From Dickeya dadantii NCPPB 898 (GTDB lineage: Bacteria > Pseudomonadota > Gammaproteobacteria > Enterobacterales > Enterobacteriaceae), in NCBI RefSeq assembly GCF_000406145.1, contig NZ_CM001976.1, positions 2,072,161 through 2,104,160 on the forward strand: a DNA stretch of 32,000 nt, in the 5' to 3' direction. The translations under genes and the position numbers were made by a program. Below, piece by piece: positions 27,156 to 32,000 of this stretch. Every line of letters starts with the position of its first letter. The stretch's first letter is position 1. Under the pieces are notes generated by a model. That model did no database searches, was not told the DNA's origin, and saw only the letters and a program-made list of their open reading frames with translations.

Positions 27156-28289
27156 GTGAACGAAGCGATTCCCCGCCCCCAGCCCAAGCCTCAGAAAGCG
27201 GCCACGCCGTTGCTGGAAGTGCGTAACCTGACCAAATCTTATGACGGCCAGTTCGCGGTTGATGATGTCAGCCTGACCATCTATAAAGGCGAGATTTTTG
27301 CCCTGTTGGGCGCCTCGGGGTGTGGCAAATCCACGCTGCTGCGTATGCTGGCGGGTTTTGAGCAGCCTACTCAGGGGCAGATTGTGCTGGACGGGCAGGA
27401 CCTGTCTCTGGTGCCGCCTTACCAGCGCCCGATCAACATGATGTTTCAGTCTTACGCGCTGTTCCCGCACATGACGGTGGAGAAGAATATCGCCTTTGGC
27501 CTGAAACAGGACAAGCTGTCGCGCGGCGAAATCAAAGATCGCGTGGAAGAGATGCTGACGCTGGTACACATGCAGGAATTTGCCGGGCGTAAGCCGCATC
27601 AGCTTTCCGGCGGGCAGCGTCAACGCGTGGCGCTGGCGCGTAGTCTGGCTAAACGCCCTAAGCTGCTGTTGCTGGACGAACCGATGGGCGCGCTGGATAA
27701 AAAACTGCGTGACCGTATGCAACTGGAAGTGGTCGACATCCTGGAGCGGGTAGGGGTGACCTGCGTGATGGTCACGCACGATCAGGAAGAAGCCATGACC
27801 ATGGCGGGCCGTATCGCCATCATGAACCGCGGAAAATTCGTGCAGATCGGCGAGCCGGAAGAGATCTACGAAAACCCGAACAGTCGTTTCAGCGCCGAGT
27901 TTATCGGCTCGGTCAATATGTTCGACGGGTTGTTGAAAGAGCGTCAGGACGATGCGCTGATTTTGCAGAGTCCGGGGCTGGTGCATCCGCTTAAAGTTAA
28001 CTCGGATGTTTCGGTGGTGGACGGCGTGCCGGTCTATATCGCGCTGCGTCCGGAAAAGATCATGCTGTGCGACGACGTGCCGGCGGACGGCTGCAACTTC
28101 GCCGTGGGCGAAGTGGTGCACATCGCTTATCTGGGCGATCTCTCTATTTACCATGTCCGGCTGAACAGCGGTCAGACCATCAGCGCCCAGTTGCAAAACG
28201 CCGACCGGTTCCGCAAAGGTTCGCCCACCTGGGGGGATGAAGTCCGCCTGTGCTGGGATGCGGACAGCTGTGTGGTGCTGACGGTATAA
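27156..28289 (+). CDS. potG: Putrescine ABC transporter ATP-binding protein
   Basis: GTG start with GGAGAG 9 nt upstream. Walker A GASGCGKST, signature LSGGQRQRVALARS, Walker B LLLLDEPMGALD. The 377-aa product is collinear with E. coli PotG, from MN.AIPRPQ to SCVVLTV. Confidence 0.95.
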   Translation: MNEAIPRPQPKPQKAATPLLEVRNLTKSYDGQFAVDDVSLTIYKGEIFALLGASGCGKSTLLRMLAGFEQPTQGQIVLDGQDLSLVPPYQRPINMMFQSYALFPHMTVEKNIAFGLKQDKLSRGEIKDRVEEMLTLVHMQEFAGRKPHQLSGGQRQRVALARSLAKRPKLLLLDEPMGALDKKLRDRMQLEVVDILERVGVTCVMVTHDQEEAMTMAGRIAIMNRGKFVQIGEPEEIYENPNSRFSAEFIGSVNMFDGLLKERQDDALILQSPGLVHPLKVNSDVSVVDGVPVYIALRPEKIMLCDDVPADGCNFAVGEVVHIAYLGDLSIYHVRLNSGQTISAQLQNADRFRKGSPTWGDEVRLCWDADSCVVLTV

Positions 28290-28303
28290 CGGGGGAAGAC
28301 GCA

Positions 28304-29263
28304 ATGGCGATGTTATCTGAACAACATGAACCGCCGGGTCAGCCGATGAGCCCGTTGCGGGCCACGCTGGCGCGGCTGCGTCTGGCGCATGGCCGTAAAC
28401 TGGTGATTGCGCTGCCGTATCTGTGGTTATTGTGCCTGTTTATGCTGCCGTTCCTGATCGTCTTTAAGATCAGTTTCGCGGAAATGGCGCGCACCGTGCC
28501 GCCTTATACCGATTTGCTGGAGTGGGCGGAGAACCGGCTGCAAATCAGCCTGAATATCGGCAACTACCTGCAACTGCTGTCCGACCCGCTGTACATCGAC
28601 GCTTACCTGCAATCGTTGAAGGTTGCGGCGATTTCTACCCTATGCTGCCTGGCGGTAGGGTATCCGATGGCCTGGGCGGTGGCACACAGCAAGTCGTCCA
28701 CCCGCAATATTCTGTTGTTGCTGGTGATCCTGCCGTCATGGACCTCGTTCCTGATCCGCGTGTACGCCTGGATGGGGATTCTGAAAGACAACGGCATCCT
28801 GAACAATTTCCTGCTCTGGCTGGGGGTTATCGATCAGCCGCTGGTAATTCTGCATACCAATCTGGCGGTATACATCGGCGTGGTCTATTCCTATCTGCCG
28901 TTCATGGTGTTGCCGATTTACACCGCGCTGACCCGCCTTGATTATTCGCTGGTGGAGGCGTCGCTGGATTTGGGCGCGCGCCCGGTAAGGACCTTCTTTA
29001 GCGTGATTGTGCCGCTCACTAAAGGCGGCATCATCGCCGGGTCGATGCTGGTGTTTATTCCAACCGTCGGCGAGTACGTGATTCCCGAGCTGCTGGGCGG
29101 GCCGGACAGCATCATGATCGGCCGTATCCTGTGGCAGGAGTTCTTCAATAACCGCGACTGGCCGGTGGCGTCGGCGGTAGCGATGGTGATGCTGTTCCTG
29201 CTGATTGTTCCGATCATCTGGTTCCATAAACACCAGAATAAAGCCGCGGAGGATCAGGCATGA
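28304..29263 (+). CDS. potH: Putrescine ABC transporter permease
   Basis: The ATG at 28304 follows GGGGGAAG. HGRKLVIALPY.WL, LLLLVILPSWTSFLIRVYAWMGILK and the EAA loop VEA.LDLGARP..TFF.VIVPLTKGGIIAGSMLVFIP are collinear with E. coli PotH. The ORF-track start at 28250 overlaps potG and was rejected. Confidence 0.93.
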   Translation: MAMLSEQHEPPGQPMSPLRATLARLRLAHGRKLVIALPYLWLLCLFMLPFLIVFKISFAEMARTVPPYTDLLEWAENRLQISLNIGNYLQLLSDPLYIDAYLQSLKVAAISTLCCLAVGYPMAWAVAHSKSSTRNILLLLVILPSWTSFLIRVYAWMGILKDNGILNNFLLWLGVIDQPLVILHTNLAVYIGVVYSYLPFMVLPIYTALTRLDYSLVEASLDLGARPVRTFFSVIVPLTKGGIIAGSMLVFIPTVGEYVIPELLGGPDSIMIGRILWQEFFNNRDWPVASAVAMVMLFLLIVPIIWFHKHQNKAAEDQA

Positions 29264-30105
29264 ACAATTTACCGGTCGTGCGTTCGCCGTGGCGGACACT
29301 GATTCTGGTGCTGGGATACAGTTTCCTGTATGCGCCGATGCTGATGCTGGTGATTTATTCCTTTAACAGCTCCCGTCTGGTGACGGTGTGGGCCGGCTGG
29401 TCCACCCAGTGGTACAGCGCGCTGTTCGAGGATTCTGCGATGATCAGCGCGGTGGTGCTCAGCCTGACTATCGCGGCGGCGTCGGCCACCATGGCGGTGG
29501 TGCTGGGAACGCTGGCGGCGGTGGTGATGGTGCGTTTCGGCAATTTCCGCGGCTCCAACGGGTTTGCCTTCATGCTGACCGCGCCGCTGGTGATGCCGGA
29601 CGTGATCACCGGGCTGTCGCTGCTGCTGCTGTTTGTGTCGCTGGCGCAGGCCATCGGCTGGCCGGCGGAACGCGGTATGCTGACCATTTGGCTGGCGCAC
29701 GTCACCTTCTGTTCGGCGTATGTCACCGTGGTTATCAGCGCCCGTCTGCGCGAGATGGATCATTCGATTGAAGAAGCGGCGATGGATCTGGGCGCGACGC
29801 CGCTGAAAGTGTTCTTCATCATTACCGTGCCGATGATTGCGCCGGCGCTGGTTTCCGGCTGGCTGCTGGCCTTTACGCTGTCGCTGGATGACCTGGTGAT
29901 TGCCAGCTTCGTTTCCGGTCCCGGCGCCACCACCTTGCCGATGCTGGTCTTTTCCAGCGTAAGAATGGGCGTTAACCCGCAGATTAACGCGCTGGCATCC
30001 CTGATATTGTTGGTGGTAGGCATTATCGGTCTGATTGCCTGGTGGTTTATGGCCCGGGCGGAAAAGCAGCGTCAGCGCGATTTGCAAAAAGCAAGACGCG
30101 GCTGA
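29260..30105 (+). CDS. potI: Putrescine ABC transporter permease
   Basis: ATGA start/stop overlap with potH. MNNLPVVRSPWR...LYAPMLMLVIYSFNSS.LVTVWAGWST.WY and EEAAMDLGATPLKVFF are collinear with E. coli PotI (281 aa). Confidence 0.95.
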   Translation: MNNLPVVRSPWRTLILVLGYSFLYAPMLMLVIYSFNSSRLVTVWAGWSTQWYSALFEDSAMISAVVLSLTIAAASATMAVVLGTLAAVVMVRFGNFRGSNGFAFMLTAPLVMPDVITGLSLLLLFVSLAQAIGWPAERGMLTIWLAHVTFCSAYVTVVISARLREMDHSIEEAAMDLGATPLKVFFIITVPMIAPALVSGWLLAFTLSLDDLVIASFVSGPGATTLPMLVFSSVRMGVNPQINALASLILLVVGIIGLIAWWFMARAEKQRQRDLQKARRG

Positions 30106-30230
30106 CGGCAGCGGCGCTTCCGTCCTGGATTTGCCAATTTTCGCCACGCCGCCATACTTTCTGGTGACGTGGTGATTTCAGGGGGAGCGCAATCATACTG
30201 TACGGTAAGCGGGAGCTGCTGCAGCGGGGC

Positions 30231-30668
30231 ATGTTCGCCCCGGTTGCCATCATGGTGGCGGGTTCGGCGATTATCGCCACCCGCTGTCTGGGTATCGTCC
30301 TGACCATCAGCGAACTGGGGCTAAGCGGCTTTGGCGGTTGGCTCAGCAGCAGCGCCAAACAGTGGGACAGCACGCTGGTGCTGCTGGCCGCGCTGTTGGT
30401 GGTGTGTCTTGAAATCCGCTGTGGATTCGCGGTGCTTAGCGGGTTGAACTGGGGGCGCTGGTGTTTCCTGTTGACCCAGTGTCTGGTGACAATCTACATG
30501 CTGACGGCGTCGCTGGTGGAGTTTCTGCCGCCGATCTTTCATGTCAGCGGCGACGGCGTCGGTGAAATTCTGCATCATTTGCTGATGCAGCGGCTGCCGG
30601 ACTTTCTGCTGATTTTGCTCCTGTTTCTACCCCGGCGCAGCCAGCGTTTTTTTACGCGCCATCCCTAA
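30231..30668 (+). CDS. ybjO: Small inner-membrane protein YbjO (DUF2593)
   Basis: Hydrophobic 145-aa product. The C-terminal half resembles E. coli YbjO (W.R W..LLTQ......., EI.H.L..Q.LPD.L....LF.P...RFF). Its position after potI is as in E. coli. No in-frame ATG/GTG/TTG lies upstream before the stop at 30165, so the N-terminus is shorter than in E. coli. The RBS is weak. Confidence 0.7.
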   Translation: MFAPVAIMVAGSAIIATRCLGIVLTISELGLSGFGGWLSSSAKQWDSTLVLLAALLVVCLEIRCGFAVLSGLNWGRWCFLLTQCLVTIYMLTASLVEFLPPIFHVSGDGVGEILHHLLMQRLPDFLLILLLFLPRRSQRFFTRHP

Positions 30669-30792
30669 CGTTTATTCGCTGTCGCTAACTTTTATGCGCT
30701 ATCGCTAACTTTTACGCGCTATCGCTAACTTTTACGCGCTATCGCTAACTTTTATGCGCTATCGCTAACTTTTATGCGCTATCGCTAACTTT
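30661..30792. repeat. Tandem direct repeat, about 6.6 copies of a 20-bp unit (ATCGCTAACTTTTAYGCGCT)
   Basis: Degenerate copy at 30661-30680 (17/20). One copy with a single change at 30681-30700. Four copies differing only at the Y position (30701, 30721, 30741, 30761). A 12-nt partial copy at 30781-30792. The first, degenerate copy contains the ybjO stop codon (30666-30668). Confidence 0.95.
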
Positions 30793-30813
30793 CCCGCGCG
30801 GGGGTGATACAAT
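30785..30813 (+). promoter_or_regulatory. Candidate extended -10 promoter for rlmC
   Basis: TGaTACAAT at 30805-30813 (TGn + TACAAT) lies 42 nt upstream of the rlmC ATG. The -35 position (CTAACT, 30785-30790) lies in the last partial repeat unit and matches weakly (3/6). Confidence 0.35.
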
Positions 30814-30854
30814 CAGCGCCCCTTTTGATGTTGACGATAGATTTCAGATTTTCC

Positions 30855-31985
30855 ATGCAATGTGCCCGCTATAACGACGGCTCGTGCCGCTCCTGTCAAT
30901 GGCTGGAAACCGCCTACCCGCAGCAGGTAACCGATAAGCAGCAGCATCTGCTCGGGTTGCTGGCCGCGCATCCGGTTCAGCGCTGGCTGGCGCCGGTAAC
31001 CTCGGCGGAAGCCGCTTTTCGCAATAAAGCCAAGATGGTGGTCAGCGGCAGCGTCGAACGCCCGCTGCTGGGGATGTTGCACCGTGACGGTTCGGCGGTG
31101 GATCTCTGCGACTGCCCGTTGTATCCCGACAGTTTTGCGCCGGTGTTTAGCGTATTGAAAGCGTTCATCGCCCGCGCCGGGCTGACCCCGTATAACGTCG
31201 CCCGACGTCGGGGGGAACTGAAGTACCTACTGTTGACGCAAAGCACTCTGAGCGGTCGCTTCATGCTGCGCGTTGTGCTGCGCTCCGAAACCAAGCTGGC
31301 GCAACTGCGCGCCGCGCTGCCCTGGCTACAGCAGCAGTTGCCGCAGCTGGCGGTGATATCGGCGAATATTCAGCCTGTCCATCAGGCGATACTGGAAGGG
31401 GAGCAGGAGATTCCGCTGACGGAGGCGCAGGCGCTGGAAGAGCGCTTCAATCAGGTACCGCTGTATATCCGGCCGCAAAGTTTCTTCCAGACCAATCCAC
31501 AGGTGGCGGTCGCGTTGTATGACACCGCCCGGCAGTGGGTGTCGGGCTTGCCGATGCGCAGTCTGTGGGATCTGTTCTGTGGGGTGGGCGGATTCGGTCT
31601 GCATTGCGCCAGCACGGATACGCCGCTCACCGGCATTGAGATCAGCCCGGAGGCCATCGCCTGTGCCCGACGTTCGGCGGCGCAACTGGGGCTGACCAAC
31701 GTCAGTTTTGCCGCGCTGGACTCTACCTGCTTTGCCGTTGGCGAAGCCCAGACGCCGGATCTGGTGATCGTCAATCCGCCGCGGCGCGGCATCGGCGCCG
31801 AATTGTGCGATTACCTGAGCCGTATGGCGCCGCCGTATCTGTTGTACTCCAGCTGCAATGCCGAGAGTATGGCGAGAGATATTGCGCGCCTGCCGGCGTA
31901 CCAGATACAGCAGGCGCAGCTATTCGATATGTTCCCGCATACCGCGCACTATGAGGTGCTGGCTCTGCTGCAACGACGTGTTTAA
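30855..31985 (+). CDS. rlmC: 23S rRNA (uracil747-C5)-methyltransferase
   Basis: The ATG at 30855 gives [17 protein letters not shown], which aligns with E. coli RlmC MQCALYDAGRCRSCQWI (the Fe-S cysteine cluster). [38 protein letters not shown] (SAM-binding), NPPRRGIG and [14 protein letters not shown] are collinear. The ORF-track start at 30804 was rejected. The SD is weak. Confidence 0.9.
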   Translation: MQCARYNDGSCRSCQWLETAYPQQVTDKQQHLLGLLAAHPVQRWLAPVTSAEAAFRNKAKMVVSGSVERPLLGMLHRDGSAVDLCDCPLYPDSFAPVFSVLKAFIARAGLTPYNVARRRGELKYLLLTQSTLSGRFMLRVVLRSETKLAQLRAALPWLQQQLPQLAVISANIQPVHQAILEGEQEIPLTEAQALEERFNQVPLYIRPQSFFQTNPQVAVALYDTARQWVSGLPMRSLWDLFCGVGGFGLHCASTDTPLTGIEISPEAIACARRSAAQLGLTNVSFAALDSTCFAVGEAQTPDLVIVNPPRRGIGAELCDYLSRMAPPYLLYSSCNAESMARDIARLPAYQIQQAQLFDMFPHTAHYEVLALLQRRV

Positions 31986-32000
31986 CTCAATGAGAGTTTA

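Noticed and set aside
30661-30792. Tandem repeat arrays (also 13234-13287 and 22591-22661) considered as CRISPR arrays.
   Set aside because: The units are directly adjacent with no unique spacers. They are shorter than typical CRISPR repeats, and no cas genes or leader are present.

Overview
The window is a chromosomal segment of an Enterobacterales genome. I infer a Pectobacteriaceae or Dickeya-like organism from mid-50s % G+C judged by eye, gene content and protein similarity to E. coli; this is not verified. I call 27 CDS, one sRNA, several intrinsic terminators and three small tandem-repeat arrays.

Gene order:
- 469-6616: three tandem methyl-accepting chemotaxis protein (MCP) paralogs.
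- 6805-9526: folE, yeiB, sanA.
- 9700-13161: rimO, yliI, gstB.
- 13471-16153: an accessory metQ/metN/metI-like ABC operon.
- 16230-17048: a low-GC stand-alone rhlA homolog (HAA biosurfactant synthase).
- 17572 onward: dacC, deoR, the sRNA RybB with a textbook sigma-E promoter, ybjL, ybjM, grxA, nfsA, rimK, ybjN, potFGHI, ybjO, rlmC.

From rimO onward the order follows the E. coli rimO...rlmC block as I remember it. bssR, ybjC and the ybjG-mdfA-ybjHIJK genes are missing, and the ABC operon plus rhlA are inserted.

I do not see a convincing new multi-gene system. There are no defence-like genes, toxin-antitoxin pairs, CRISPR arrays, integrases or transposases. The items most worth follow-up are:
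1. The AT-rich rhlA islet and its roughly 520-bp control region.
2. The mosaic divergence of the MCP array, which probably continues upstream of the window.
3. RybB and its sigma-E promoter.
4. A 20-bp x ~6.6 tandem repeat between ybjO and rlmC.
5. An 18-bp x 3 repeat in the gstB / ABC-operon divergent promoter region.

All homology statements rest on my recollection of E. coli and Pseudomonas protein sequences and family motifs. No database search or alignment was run.
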